Positions 41,453 to 53,473 of a DNA stretch of 64,000 nt are shown piece after piece. Source of the DNA: an uncultured Chloroflexia bacterium (GTDB lineage: Bacteria > Chloroflexota > Anaerolineae > B4-G1 > SLSP01); assembly GCA_963751345.1 (NCBI GenBank), contig CAVVUS010000018.1, forward strand, positions 1 to 64,000, in the 5' to 3' direction. The notes beneath the pieces are model-generated. The model saw only the letters and a list, made by a program, of their open reading frames with translations. It had not been told where the DNA came from and did no database searches. The position numbers and the translations under genes are program-made. Within the stretch, counting starts at the first letter, position 1, and the number at the start of each line of letters is the position of its first letter.

Positions 41453-42684
41453 GTGCGGCCGGTGGAGATCTCGATTGCGACGGCTCGTCGACTGGCGCTC
41501 TATTGCCAGGGGCTCAACGGTGCTTCCGAGGGCCCTGCAGATAGAGCCCATATTGCTCAAATCATCGAGCAACTGGGTTATGTGCAGATTGACACGATCC
41601 ACGTCATTCAGCGGGCGCACCATCACGTGCTCTGGAGCCGCTGTCCGGGCTATCATCCACAGATGCTCCACGAGCTTCTGGTCGAGGATCGCAGCGTCTT
41701 CGAGTGGTGGACCCACGCCGCATCTTACATCCCGATGACCGACTTCCGCTTCTACGTGCCTCGGATGCGGGATATGGCGGACTCAGCACGACAGAAGGCG
41801 TGGCACGACGAACACCGTGAGGTTGTGGACCACGTCATCGCGCGCATCCGCGAGGAGGGGGCACTGGGCGCGGCGGACTTCGAGGCGCCGGAGGATTTTC
41901 AGGGCGGCACGTGGTGGAATTGGAAACCGGCAAAGCGGGCGCTGGAGTTCCTCTTCAACGCCGGTGTGGTGACCGTATCCGAACGCCGGAACTTCCAGCG
42001 GCTCTACGATCTCCGGGAGCGAATCATACCTGAGGATGCGCATCTTCCCGAACCGGATCGCGCTGACCGGGATGAGTTCATCATCCGGCGGTCGGTTGGC
42101 AGTTTGGGCGTACTTCCCAGAAGGGAGATCCGTTGGTGGCGGGCGACTCGCCCTAGCGCGGAAGCTCTCGAACGGGAAATTGATGCCGGAAGGATCACGC
42201 TCGTTTCGCTCGAGGGTGATGGGGACGAGCCCTGGTACGCCTGGACGGCGGCACTCGAAGCCATCGACACCGATAGCCGCGAGCCTGTCGCGCTCCACAT
42301 TCTCTCTCCCTTCGACAACCTGATCATCCGACGCCAGTGGATGGAACGACTCTTTGGTTACGACTATCGACTGGAATGCTATGTGCCCAAAGCCAAGCGG
42401 CAATATGGTTACTTCGCGCTGCCGATTCTCTATGGCGATCGATTCATCGGGCGGATGGACACGAAGGCGGACCGCGCCACCCGCACCTTGATCGTGCGCC
42501 AGCTCACGTTCGAGGCTGATTTCGACCCCGACGAGCGCGTCCTGTCGCTTCTGGTGGAGAAGCTGCGGGCTTTTGGCGCGTTCAACGGCTGTGAGTGCCT
42601 TTGAGCGTCGAACAGGTCACGCCGGAGCGTTTGAAGCGTCCTCTCTCCCTTGCGCTGGCCTCCCCGGAATATGCCGAGAACTGA
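41453..42684 (+). CDS. YcaQ/AlkZ-like HTH_42 winged-helix DNA glycosylase family protein
   Basis: LGYVQIDTIHVIQRAHH (QxD), FEWWTHAAS, FQRLYDL, LSPFDNL, YRLECYVPKAKRQYGYFALPIL; terminal frameshift near 42600. Confidence 0.88.
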
Positions 42685-42731
42685 CATCAATCCCCGGTAA
42701 GCTTGGATCGTGTCATATCAAAGGAGGCGAC

Positions 42732-43509
42732 GTGTCATCAGTAGATCGATTCCTTGAGGGACGCGTGGCCCTGGTTACCGGGTCGACGGGTGGGGGCATG
42801 GGGCGGAGCATCGCCCTGACGCTGGCTGCTCACGGCGCCGACATCGTGCTCAACCACGGCACACATCGTTGCGATAGCGAAGCCGACGCTGCGGCAGAGG
42901 CGATTGTCCAGGCGATCTATGCTATGGGAAGTCGTGCGCGCTTCGTCAAGGCTGACACGCGCAAGGCCGGTGAGGTCGAGGAGATGGTCCGCCAGGCGCA
43001 GGAGACCTTTGGGCGTATCGATATCCTCGTCAACAACGCCGGTGGCGCGTGGCTGCCAGGTGATATTACCGATGCCGACCCGGAGGCGTTCCGTGATGTC
43101 ATCGAGGCCGAGGCATTTGGCGCCTTCCTGTGTACCCGCGCATGCCTGCCGCTCATGCGCCAACAAGCCTGGGGCCGGATTGTCAGTCTGGGTGCTTATG
43201 ATGCCGGGATCTGGGCCGATGGCCCGCTCTCCTACGCCATCGGCAAGGGCTCGCGCGCGCTCATGACGCGTCACCTCGCTCTGCAGGAGCGCAAACACAA
43301 CATCACGGTGAACTTGGTCAATCCCGGGCCGGGTCATACCTTCGCCTTTGGGAGCCTGGATGTGCGCCTTGAGCTATGCGCGGCACGAAGCCGCGTGGCA
43401 AGAGCGACAGAAGGCAACGCCGCAGGATATCGCCGATGCCGTGCTCTTCCTCTGCCGCGAGGAGGCACGTTTCATCACCGGAAGCCACCTCGCCTTCTCC
43501 ATCGACTGA
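42732..43509 (+). CDS. SDR family oxidoreductase, frameshift near 43365
   Basis: LVTGSTGGGMG, DILVNNAG, YAIGK; other frame TPQDIADAVLFL..FITG; RBS AAGGAGG. Confidence 0.9.
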
Positions 43510-43638
43510 GGTTGCCCTCCGATCTTTCCCGAAGTTCCGGTTGCGGTTGCGGTATAATGCACCGGATCGAGGAAAGTTAGGCGGAAGGCCGAACGTTTTC
43601 TATGATGATGGCGTGACACCGCAAGGGGCAAACTACCT

Positions 43639-44853
43639 TTGGATGAGGATACGAAGCAACTGATCGAGGCGTCGCTTCTTGACGAGGAGACGCTGGTCAA
43701 GGCGACGTTCAGCGGACGCCGTCGGGGATACGAATTGCCTTGGCGGCGGGTAATCGTCCGTCCGGTGTTGATTCGAGACGACCGCTACCTGCAGATCTCG
43801 TACTTCGATGAGAAGCATGACATTACCAAGAACTACGTCGGACAGGATGCGCGCGACAAGGTGCATGAGTTGCTGGAGTTGCCCTTCAGCCAGATTCACG
43901 TCATGACCACCGAAGGCGAGATCCAGGTGCAGATCTCGCGGAAGGGCGTGGCCCGTGTCTCTCAACACAGGTCCTCGAAGGCCGCACCTGCTCTGGCCCA
44001 CGATCGTGAAAAGGCCTATCTTCTCCCTGGCACCGAGCCGGACGCCTTCCTGCAGGCCAAAGGCATCCAGACACCTGACGGTCGGATCCGGGCCAGCAAG
44101 CAGCGTAAGTTCCGGCAGATCAACGAGTTCCTGCGGCTCATTGCCGAGACCGAAATGTTGGACAAGCTGGTCCCCGCGGACGAGCCCAGACCCATCCGGA
44201 TCGTGGATTGCGGCTGCGGCAGTGCGGACCTGACCTTCGCCACTTACCATTATCTCAGTCACATCTACAACCATCCCGCCAAGGCTGTGGGCATCGACGT
44301 CAAGGCGGATCTGGTGGCCAAGCAGAATGCGATTGCGGCGGACTTGGGTTGGACAGACTTACGTTTCGAGGTCAGTCGCATTATCGACTACCAGCCGGTT
44401 GAAACCCCTGACATCGTCCTTGCTCTTCACGCGTGTGACACGGCGACGGACGAAGCGCTGGCACAGGCCGTGAAATGGGGCGCCAGGATGATCTTCAGCG
44501 CGCCGTGCTGCCACCACAACCTGCAGGCGCAGATGGCGGAGCAGGAGATGCCGCCGGTTTTCCAACCGGTGCTGCGGCACGGCATCCTCAGAGAGCGTGT
44601 GGGCGACGTTCTCACAGACAGCTTTCGCGCCCAGATCCTGCGTATCTTTGGTTACGCGACCGATGTCGTGCAGTTCATCTCCCCTGAGCACACCGCCAAG
44701 AACCTGATGATCCGGGGCATCAAGACGACGACACCCGGCGATCCTCAGATGATCGCGGAATACCGGGCATTGGTGGATTTCTGGCAGGTTCGTCCCTATC
44801 TGGCGCAGCTTCTCGACAAGCAGCTTTCAGTGTTTGCGGATGCTGTCGCCTGA
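43639..44853 (+). CDS. SAM-dependent methyltransferase (Methyltransf_32-like)
   Basis: KFRQINEFL, IVDCGCGSADLTFA, LALHACDTATDEAL, APCCH, EHTAKNLMI. Confidence 0.88.
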   Translation: MDEDTKQLIEASLLDEETLVKATFSGRRRGYELPWRRVIVRPVLIRDDRYLQISYFDEKHDITKNYVGQDARDKVHELLELPFSQIHVMTTEGEIQVQISRKGVARVSQHRSSKAAPALAHDREKAYLLPGTEPDAFLQAKGIQTPDGRIRASKQRKFRQINEFLRLIAETEMLDKLVPADEPRPIRIVDCGCGSADLTFATYHYLSHIYNHPAKAVGIDVKADLVAKQNAIAADLGWTDLRFEVSRIIDYQPVETPDIVLALHACDTATDEALAQAVKWGARMIFSAPCCHHNLQAQMAEQEMPPVFQPVLRHGILRERVGDVLTDSFRAQILRIFGYATDVVQFISPEHTAKNLMIRGIKTTTPGDPQMIAEYRALVDFWQVRPYLAQLLDKQLSVFADAVA

Positions 44854-45688
44854 GTCGACGCGCCTTCGACGGCTGCCGCGGATGGCCCTGGGATGCGGGG
44901 TCGTCGCGCTTCTCCTGGGATTGGGGGCTGTCGACGCGTTCCTCATCGAGCCTCACTGGCTCCAGGTGAACAGGCTGACCCTAGCCTCGGACAAGATCGC
45001 GCAGCCGGTCCGCATCGTAGTGTTGGCGGACGTGCAGACCGATCGCCCCGGCCCCTACGAAGCGCGCGTCTTCGAGACGGCGATGGCGCAATCGCCGGAT
45101 CTGATTCTCTTTGCCGGGGACTACGTACAGCTCGGGCGACGCAGTGGCAGCTATGAGACCGAGATTGAGGCGTTGAACGAGGTGATCCGCGCCGCAGGTC
45201 TCTCCGCGCCGCTGGGTATCTACGCGATCGCCGGGAACGTCGATCGGCCCGACGTATGGGCCCGAGTCTTTGACGGCCTCCCCGTGGTGACGATCGACGA
45301 CACAACCCGGTACGAAGTCGGACCTTTGGTACTGACAGGACTGGGTATGCAGGATTCGTTCCGACAGGATATTGTGGTGGAGCCCGAGGACGGCTTTCAC
45401 ATCGTGTTGGGCCACAGCCCCAACTTCAGCCTTGGCGCCATCGAGGGCGACCTGTTGATCGCGGGACATACGCACGGCGGTCAGGTACAGCTCCCATTGA
45501 TCGGGCCCCTGCTGACACTTTCCGCCGTGCCCCGGAGTTGGGCCTCCGGTGTGACGATGATCGCGCCCGGCAAGACGCTCGTCGTCTCCCGTGGTATCGG
45601 GATGGAGCGGGGTATCGCGCCCCGCATCCGGTTTCTCTGCCGTCCGGAGTTGGTGGTGATCGATCTGGTGCCGGAAAATGAACAATAG
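44840..45688 (+). CDS. Calcineurin-like metallophosphoesterase with N-terminal TM
   Basis: LADVQ, FAGDYV, GNVD, GHSP, AGHTHGGQV, SRGIG. Confidence 0.88.
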   Translation: MLSPESTRLRRLPRMALGCGVVALLLGLGAVDAFLIEPHWLQVNRLTLASDKIAQPVRIVVLADVQTDRPGPYEARVFETAMAQSPDLILFAGDYVQLGRRSGSYETEIEALNEVIRAAGLSAPLGIYAIAGNVDRPDVWARVFDGLPVVTIDDTTRYEVGPLVLTGLGMQDSFRQDIVVEPEDGFHIVLGHSPNFSLGAIEGDLLIAGHTHGGQVQLPLIGPLLTLSAVPRSWASGVTMIAPGKTLVVSRGIGMERGIAPRIRFLCRPELVVIDLVPENEQ

Positions 45689-45826
45689 AGAATGGAGGAA
45701 TGCAGAATGAAGGAATAGGGAATCGGAGAATGGAGCAGATAGCAGCCGCGGCTGGTTAAGTCACTCGTGGCAGACAACGTCGTCATTCTCATTCTTCTTC
45801 TATTCTCATTCTCTATTCTTGATTCT
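45689..45826. repeat. Inverted arrays of short GAAT/ATTC tandem repeats
   Basis: AGAATGG-like units 45689-45734 facing ATTCT(C/T) units 45784-45826. Confidence 0.75.
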
Positions 45827-45849
45827 GTATTGCCTCTTGGAGCTGCACA

Positions 45850-48800
45850 TTGCGTATCACTATTCAGGGCGCCAACGAGCACAACCTGAAGGACGTCGAC
45901 GTCGAGATCGGCGACGGGCTGACGGTCGTCACCGGAGTCTCGGGCTCCGGCAAGACGTCGCTCGTCTTCGATACCCTCTACCACGAGGCACGTCGCCGGT
46001 TCCTGGAGGTCTTCTCGCTGGGCGAACGCCTCTCTCCGGCGGACGTGCGGGTGATCACCGGTCTGGGACCGGCGGTTGCCGTGGGCCAGAACCTCCTGAA
46101 TCGCAACCCAGGGTCCACGTTGGCGACGGCCTCAGGACTACATCCGTTTCTGCGGCTGCTCTACGCTCACTTCGGGGAGCGCGCCTGCGCGCAGTGTGGG
46201 GCACCCATCTCGGTTCATACGAATGATGAGATTATCGAGCGGCTGGCCTTCCTGGCCGAGACGGCGCCGCTCATGGTTATCGCGCCCATCGTGCGCCAGG
46301 CAGTCGGCAGCCATCGAACGTTGCTGGCGCTCCTGATCGAGGCCTTTGGTGCGAGTGCCGTGATCCTCGACGGCGCTGTGGCGACCCAGGCTCAGGTGGC
46401 GGCGCTCGATGCGACACAACTGCACGACATCGACATTGTGGTTGCCGAGCTACCCACCGCGGCGGGGACAGGCGAGATCCGCGATGCCCTGGAGCGCGTC
46501 TGGGCATTCGGGGCCAGCGCCGTAGCGGTGCGCCAGGGAGACCGGGTGACGACTCTATCCCGTGCGCCTGTCTGCTCACAGTGCGGTGCATGGTTCGGCG
46601 ATCTGTCTCCGGTGCGCTTTCACCAGCCCTGTCCTCACTGTGACGGCGCCGGCTGCGACCGCTGCGACCACACCGGCATGCATCCCGAGGCAGCCGCGGT
46701 CCGGTGGCAGGGCCTACGCCTTCCGGATCTGCTGGCTCTTCCGGTGACAGAGGTGCGCGGGCGTTTCGCCGAGGCCGAGCTTCCGTCGACGTCGGAACGC
46801 CTTGAGGCTGAGATCACGCGGCGTCTTGATGCCTTGGAGCGCGTCGGACTCGGCTACATTGCGCTAGATCGTTCTTCGCCCACGCTCTCCCGCGGGGAGT
46901 CTCAGCGGGTGCGGCTGGCTGTTGCGCTGACCAGCCGCCTCGAGGATATCGTCCACGTACTCGATGAGCCGACGATCGGGCAGCATCCTGCCGACGTCGC
47001 GCGGCTTCTACCCGCTTTCCGCGAACTGGGCGGCCCCGTGATCTACGTCGAGCATGATCGCGTCGCGGCGGCGGCGGCCGATCACGCGCTTGATCTGGGT
47101 CCAGGTGCAGGTCGTGCCGGCGGGACAGTCACGTTCGATGGTACGCCCGCCGGGCTCTGGCAGATGGATACGCCCACCGGTCGCTATTTCAGCCTCCGGG
47201 AGCGGGTGATGATTCCCGATCGCCGCCCTGAGCCGGAGGAGTTCCTGACTCTGCGAGGGGCCAACCTGCGCAACCTGCGGAGCATCGATGTCCCTATCCC
47301 TATGGGCCGGTTGACGGTTGTCACGGGCGTCTCGGGCTCGGGCAAGAGCACTTTCGTCGAGGATGTCCTCGCGGCTTCGCTCTCCGGTAGTGCCCCGGTG
47401 GGGTGCATTACCGTTGACGGGCCTCCGCTCAAAGCAGTGATGGTCGATCAGAGCCCGATTGGGCGGAACCCCCGGTCGAACCCGGCGACCTATACCAAGC
47501 TCTCCGACATCGTGCGCGACGGCTTCGCGGCGGCTACGGACCTCTCGCCGTCTCATTTCTCGTTCAATCGCCCCGAGGGTGCGTGCCCGGCCTGCAAGGG
47601 CATCGGCGCCGTCGAGGTCGCGATGCGCTATCTTCCCTCGACGTGGATCCCGTGCGCTGAATGTGAGGGCCACCGGTTCAGTGACGAAGTCCTGGCTGCG
47701 ACGGTCCCCTTCGGGGATGAAGCTCTATCCATCGCTGACTTCTACGAGCTCACCATTGCCGAGGTCGTGCCGCTACTCCGGTCGTCTCCGTATCTCTCCG
47801 AGCAGCAGAAACGGGCCGCCGGGCACATCCTGCACGCGCTTCGCGATATCGGCCTTGGCTATCTGCAACTGGGACAGCCGTCACCAACCCTGTCTGGCGG
47901 CGAAGCTCAGCGCGTCAAGTTGGCAAAGTACCTTGGACGGCCCAGGCTCCGGGGGCAGATGCTCATCCTGGACGAGCCCTCGACCGGCCTGCACCCCAAG
48001 GACATCTCCGGTCTTCTCAAGGTGTTGGATCGCCTGGTGCGGCGTGGTGCCTCGGTTGTGGTGGTCGAGCACAACACCGATATCATCCGTGCAGCTGATT
48101 GGGTCATCGATCTCGGTCCGGGTGCCGGGCCCAGGGGCGGCGACCTCGTCTATGCAGGTCCGCCCGATGGGCTGCTGCGGACAGCCGGCTCGGCCACCGG
48201 CCAGGCGCTGCGCGATGAGGCCCTGGTCACTCCGCGGGGTTCCCCGACCTCGCCCGGCACAGATGCAGTGGAAGAGCAATCTGCCGGTACGGTGGTTGGG
48301 GCCATTCGTATCCGCGGCGCAAAGGCCAACAATCTCAAAGACGTGAGTGTGGACTTCCCCAAGGGGCAGCTCACGGTCGTCACCGGTGTCTCCGGCTCGG
48401 GCAAGTCGAGCCTGGTGGGTGACGTACTCGAGTCCGAGGCGCGGCGTCGTTTCCTGGAGACCCTGTCGATGTACGAGCGCCAGGGCACGCGTGAGGGCCC
48501 AGAGGCCGACGCCGAGGCGATCACGGGCCTGGGTGTAGCCATCACCGTGGGCGGAGGGGGACGGGGACGCTTCGGGCGACGGAACACCGTGGGAACGGCG
48601 ACGGAACTCTCGCATCACCTGGCCATTCTTCTTTCGTGGCTCGGTGAACGTGACTGTCCGAACTGCGGCACCTCACTCCAGCGGATCTCGCCAAGCCGCC
48701 ACGTGGCAGGCCTGCGGCGCGGCGGCACCTGGCAGTGCCCAACGTGCGGGAGTCTCTATCCCATCGCGGCCCCGCGGCACTTCTCCCCGTCCGTCTACGC

Positions 48801-50806
48801 TGCAGCATGCACGACCTGTCACGGGGTGGGCACGCTGCGTGAGCCGAACCCCGACAAGCTGATTGTGCATCCTGAGTTGCCGCTGTGCAGCGGCGCAATG
48901 TACTCCCCGGGGTTTTTCCCCAAAGGCTATCTCTGCAAGCCGATGAATGGCGGATATGAGGTCGTTCAAGCGTTGGCCAAGGTGTTGGGTTTTGATCCTG
49001 CCACCACGCCCTGGAACGAGATGACGCGCGAGGCACAGCACGCGTTCCTCTTCGGTTATCCGGAGCCGCTGGAGGTCATCCACGAGAGCCGTAACGGCAC
49101 CACGAGCGTACATCGCCAACATCATCCTGGTTTCTACGGGTGGATACGTGACTGGGACGTCGGCGGTACCTATACCGATACCAAGGTGTGCCCGGCGTGT
49201 GGGGGCGTGCGGCTGCGCGCCGAATACGCGTCGGTTAGGGTTGCAGGCGAGACCTTCCATACGCTGAGCGAGATGACGTTGTCCAGGTTGGCCGATGTGC
49301 TGGACAAGGTGGAGACATCGTCTGTCACCGAACGTGACGGAACGCAGGTCGCCAGCACCGTCGCTGCCAGTCTCGATGCAGCGCGGAGACGGGTGCACTT
49401 CCTTTGCCAGGTCGGGTTGGGCTACCTTCACCTCAACCGCGACGCAGCGACGCTCTCCGCGGGTGAGGCGCAACGTGTCAAGCTGGCCGGCTTGCTGGGC
49501 AGCGGGCTGACTTCCTTGACAGTCCTCGTTGACGAGCCGACACGGGGTATGCATCCTTCCGAGGTCGAGGCGATGATCGGTGCCCTGATCAGCCTCCGCG
49601 CTGAGGGCAACACGGTGGTCGCGGTTGAACACGATCCGGACGTGATGCGCTCGGCCGATTACCTGGTGGATATGGGCCCTGGCGCAGGCGCGGCGGGAGG
49701 CATGGTGGTGGCAGCGGGCACCTTCGAGGAGGTGGTGCGATCAGAGACTCTCACTGCCCGTTGGCTCAGCGGCGCGCGTAGACTCGATCTGACGCAGCCT
49801 CGGCGCGAACCCAAGCAGTGGATGGTGATTCGAGGGGCCAGGGCGCACAACCTCAGAGGCGAGGATGTGCGTCTGCCGAAGGGTGTCCTCGTGGGGATCT
49901 GCGGGGTCTCCGGGTCCGGCAAGAGCACGCTCTTGATCGACACACTGGGCCGCGCCCTGGCGCCAAAGAAGCAGACGACATCCGTGGCCTATGAGCCCGT
50001 GGATCCAGGCGAGCACGATGCAATCGAGGGCTCCCCCCGGCGTGTCCTCCTGGTGGATCAGGTCAAGGCCGGGGTTACGAGTCCTGCTGACTTCCTGGGA
50101 TTGACAAAGCCCGTTCACGCCATCTACGCTGAAAGTGAGGACGCCCATATCTTGGGGCTGGATGCGAAGGCGTTGGGCCAGCGCTGCTCCGCCTGCGGTG
50201 GGCGCGGGACGGAGACCCTCGACATGGGATTTCTGCCTAACGTGTACGTGACGTGTGAGACTTGCCAGGGGACGGGCTATCGGCCCGAGGCGTGGGACGT
50301 GAGGTTGCACGGCGTGGCGCTGCCCGAGATCTTCGGCAGGACGATCGATGAGGTTGTTGAGTTGCTCCGGGACGATATCGACGCCGGTTCGAGCCTTGCT
50401 CGCAAGCTGGAGGCTGTCCGCGACGTGGGATTGGGATACCTGGTGCTCCGTCAGCCCGGCTATTCGCTCTCCGGAGGTGAGGCACAGCGACTGAAGATCG
50501 CGGATGAGCTCTGCAGGCAGAGTCGTTCTGAGACGCTCTACATTCTTGACGAACCCACGGTGGGCCAGCATCTGGAGGACGTCGCGCGCCTTGGCGGCGT
50601 GCTGCGCCGGCTGGTTGCCGAGGGCAACTCCGTCTTCGTCGTGGAGCATCACACGCATCCTCCTGGCGACGTGCGACTGGCTGGTGGAGCTGGGGCCCGG
50701 CGGTGGTCCCGATGGCGGTCGCGTCATCGCCCAGGGCACCCCTGAGGCCGTAGCGGCGGGTGACACGCCGACGGCGCGATACCTGCGGCGGGTGCTGGAG
50801 CGATGA
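45850..50806 (+). CDS. uvrA: Double-length UvrA-like ABC ATPase (four ATPase modules), frameshift near 50660
   Basis: Four GVSGSGK(T/S) Walker A motifs, four LS(R/G/A)GE(S/A)QR signatures, four DEP motifs, CxxC zinc modules; tail LLATCDWLVELGPGGG in the next frame. Confidence 0.88.
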
Positions 50807-50977
50807 AGCGAGTGAGCGAGAAAGCGAAGGGGCGAATGCAGAATACAGAATGGGAGAATGTAAGCATGCAGAGCGGCCAATTCGAGATCGGACGCGTTTT
50901 CTCGCCTCTTCATCGTCTCGCTCACTCGCCTTTTCGCTTATTCTCCGATTCTTTAATTCTCTGATTCTTAGATTCTG
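50805..50977. repeat. Inverted arrays of short tandem repeats (GCGA/GAAT vs TCGC/ATTC)
   Basis: GCGAGTGAGCGAGA..AGAAT units facing TCTCGCTCACTCGC..ATTCT units. Confidence 0.7.
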
Positions 50978-52000
50978 ATGCTACCTCTCCTTCTTGCCGA
51001 TCGATCGCCTTGCTTGCGCTGGCTGGTGTTGACCGAGCTCCTGGGCAGGGCCGAGGACGACCCGGAGGTCCAGGAGCTTGCGGCGCTACGCGAGCGTGAC
51101 CCGTTGGTGGCACCGCTTCTGGCTGCTCAGGGGGCGGATGGTTCGTGGCGTCGAGGGGACCTGGCGTGGCGGGGCGATGCCCAGCGGATGACCATGCTGG
51201 CCTTGATGCGTCTCGGTTACCTGGGATTTGGCCCCGAGACGCCTACCGTGGCGCGCGGTGCAGCCTATCTCTTCTCGCTCCAGCGAGAGGATGGTGCCTG
51301 GGATCTCCCCCGGAGCCACGAGGGGACGGAGGAGAACGAGGGCTATTCGATGATGCCGCTTCAGACGGCGTTGCCCCTGCGGGCGCTGGCGATGTGTGGC
51401 TACGCCACGGATCCTCGCGCGGAGCGCGCCTACGGGTGGCTGCTTGCCCAGCGGCTGGAGGATGGCGCCTGGCCCACCGGCATCGCCGGGGGCGGCACCC
51501 GCGGCTACGTGGCAGGTTATCGGAGGCTGCCTCACTCGCGGTGGGGCTGTCGTTCCAACACCACGGGTGCGCTGCTGGCTCTGGCTCATCACCCTGAACG
51601 ACGTTCCGGACCAGAAGCGCGACGCGCGTTGGACCTCCTGCTGGGGCGCGAGACGCGGGAAACGGGCACGCTCGGCTTCGAGGTCGCGCGCCTGATTGGC
51701 GCTGAGCCGGCCCGCGGCTTCATTACCTTCTACGGGCGCTTCGACCTTTCCCAGGTCCTGCACCTGTGCCGATGCATCGGCGCTACGCAGGACGACCCGC
51801 GCGTCGCCGGCATTGTCACCTTCGTGCGTGATCTGCAGGGCCCCTACGGCCTGTGGGACGTCACGCCGCCTCAGGCCTCCCGCTGGGTCACCTTCGATCT
51901 GCTGCGCTCGCTCTCGCATCTGGATGCGGAAGGGGACTGGGTCAGCCGCGAGCCCCGCACACCCTTCCAGACCTATCCGAAACGACAGAGGCGGTACTAG
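50978..52000 (+). CDS. Prenyltransferase/squalene-cyclase-like repeat protein
   Basis: QW-like repeats QGADGSW, QREDGAW, QRLEDGAW, QGPYGLW. Confidence 0.75.
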   Translation: MLPLLLADRSPCLRWLVLTELLGRAEDDPEVQELAALRERDPLVAPLLAAQGADGSWRRGDLAWRGDAQRMTMLALMRLGYLGFGPETPTVARGAAYLFSLQREDGAWDLPRSHEGTEENEGYSMMPLQTALPLRALAMCGYATDPRAERAYGWLLAQRLEDGAWPTGIAGGGTRGYVAGYRRLPHSRWGCRSNTTGALLALAHHPERRSGPEARRALDLLLGRETRETGTLGFEVARLIGAEPARGFITFYGRFDLSQVLHLCRCIGATQDDPRVAGIVTFVRDLQGPYGLWDVTPPQASRWVTFDLLRSLSHLDAEGDWVSREPRTPFQTYPKRQRRY

Positions 52001-53367
52001 AGGAAAGCCGTCTGCTTCCTCCCAGGATCAGCTCGAGCAGCGGCACGAAGTCGGCGACGCGCTTGGCACGGATGACCAGATCCCACAGCGGCTCGAACTT
52101 CTTCCACCCGCCCGTGTAGGCGAGGTGGCGCAGCCGGGCAAGAGGCTGCTGCTTGGTTCCGGCGGCCTCCAGAATGTTGGGCCAACTGTAGAAGTCGTGG
52201 TAGGCCTGCCAATAGCCGGCCTCCAGTGCCTCCGCCGTCATCCTCGCCGGGCGGAAGACGGCGTGTCGGGTGTCGTAGAGGTCCCAATCCTCCGTCGTGA
52301 TGCGACCCTCTGCCGCCATTCTTCTGTGGAGCGCCGTGCCGGGGTAGGGCGTGAGGATGTGAAAGGTCGCCGTCTCGATCCCCTGCGCTACGGCCCAGCT
52401 TACCGTACGGTCGAAGACGCTGTCGTCGTCTTCGTCCATCCCGAAGACGAAGCTGCCGTTGATCATCACGCCCAGATCGTGAAGCTTGCGGATCGCAAGG
52501 TCGTAGTCGCGCTGAAGGTTGTGGAGCTTGTGCTGTGCCTTCAGGTTGGCCTGATTGAGGGTCTCGAAGCCAATGAAAAGGCTGCGCAGGCCGCACGCAA
52601 CGGCCTGTTCGATCAAGCCCGGTGTGAGCACGGCCTGCACCGTGCCGGCTGCTTGCCACAGACGACCCATCCCGCGCATACCCGTCGAACAGCGACCCTG
52701 CAAAGTGAGGGTTCCCAAAGAGGTTGTCGTCGAGGAAGAAGAGGTGGCGTCCGGGCAGCCTCTCGATCTCGGCGAGGGCCTCGTCCACAGGTTGGGTGTA
52801 GAAGGATTTGCCGCCCTCGAAGAAGGCTTCTTTGTAGCAGAAATCGCAGGCGTGCGGGCAGCCGCGCGAGACCACGATGCTGTTGGGCACCAGGTAGAGG
52901 CGGCGCCGGATCAGGTCGCGGCGTGGGCTGGGCGCGCCGGTCAGGCAGCGTTGGGTCGAGCGATAGATCGAGTGAGGGCTCCCGGCGCGGAAATCCGTGA
53001 GAAACAAAGGCCACGTGTCCTCGCCTGGGCCCAGGAAAATCGTGTCAGCGTGCTGGGCGGCCTCCTGCGGCAGTGCCGTGACGTGCAAGCCCCCGAGGGC
53101 AACGTGGGCACCCCGGCGGCGGTAGTGATCGGCAAGCTCGTAGGCGCGGTGAGCCGAGGTGATGTAGACCTCAATCGCGACAAGGTCCGGGGTGTCCTCC
53201 AGGTCGAGCGTCTGGACGTGCTCGTCTTCCAGCGTCACCTCATCGTCATCGCTGAGGTAGCCCGCCAGCGTCGCCAGACCCAGGGGAGGGAAGAGCGAGT
53301 ACTTGATGGGTCGCCAATATGGGCTCTTGGCCTCGGTCAGCGCAGGTAGGATCATCTTGACTTTCAT
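51942..53367 (-). CDS. B12-binding domain radical SAM protein, frameshift near 52685
   Basis: FPPLGLATLA, LGGLHVT, SRGCPHACDFC (CxxxCxxC), FFLDDNL; second frame FIGFETL, GSFVFGMDED, LTPYPGT. Confidence 0.9.
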
Positions 53368-53473
53368 GAGCCCCATCTTAGCAGAGTTGACGTGCCTCAG
53401 TCCACGTCCCGCGCCCACGCATTGGCGCACTCAGGTGCTTGACAGCGCCCTCTGACATCACTACAGTCAGGCT

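Noticed and set aside
16629-52000. Integron-like cassette array (long co-oriented run of unrelated genes)
   Set aside because: No integrase and no recurring attC-like sites; many genes overlap or abut.
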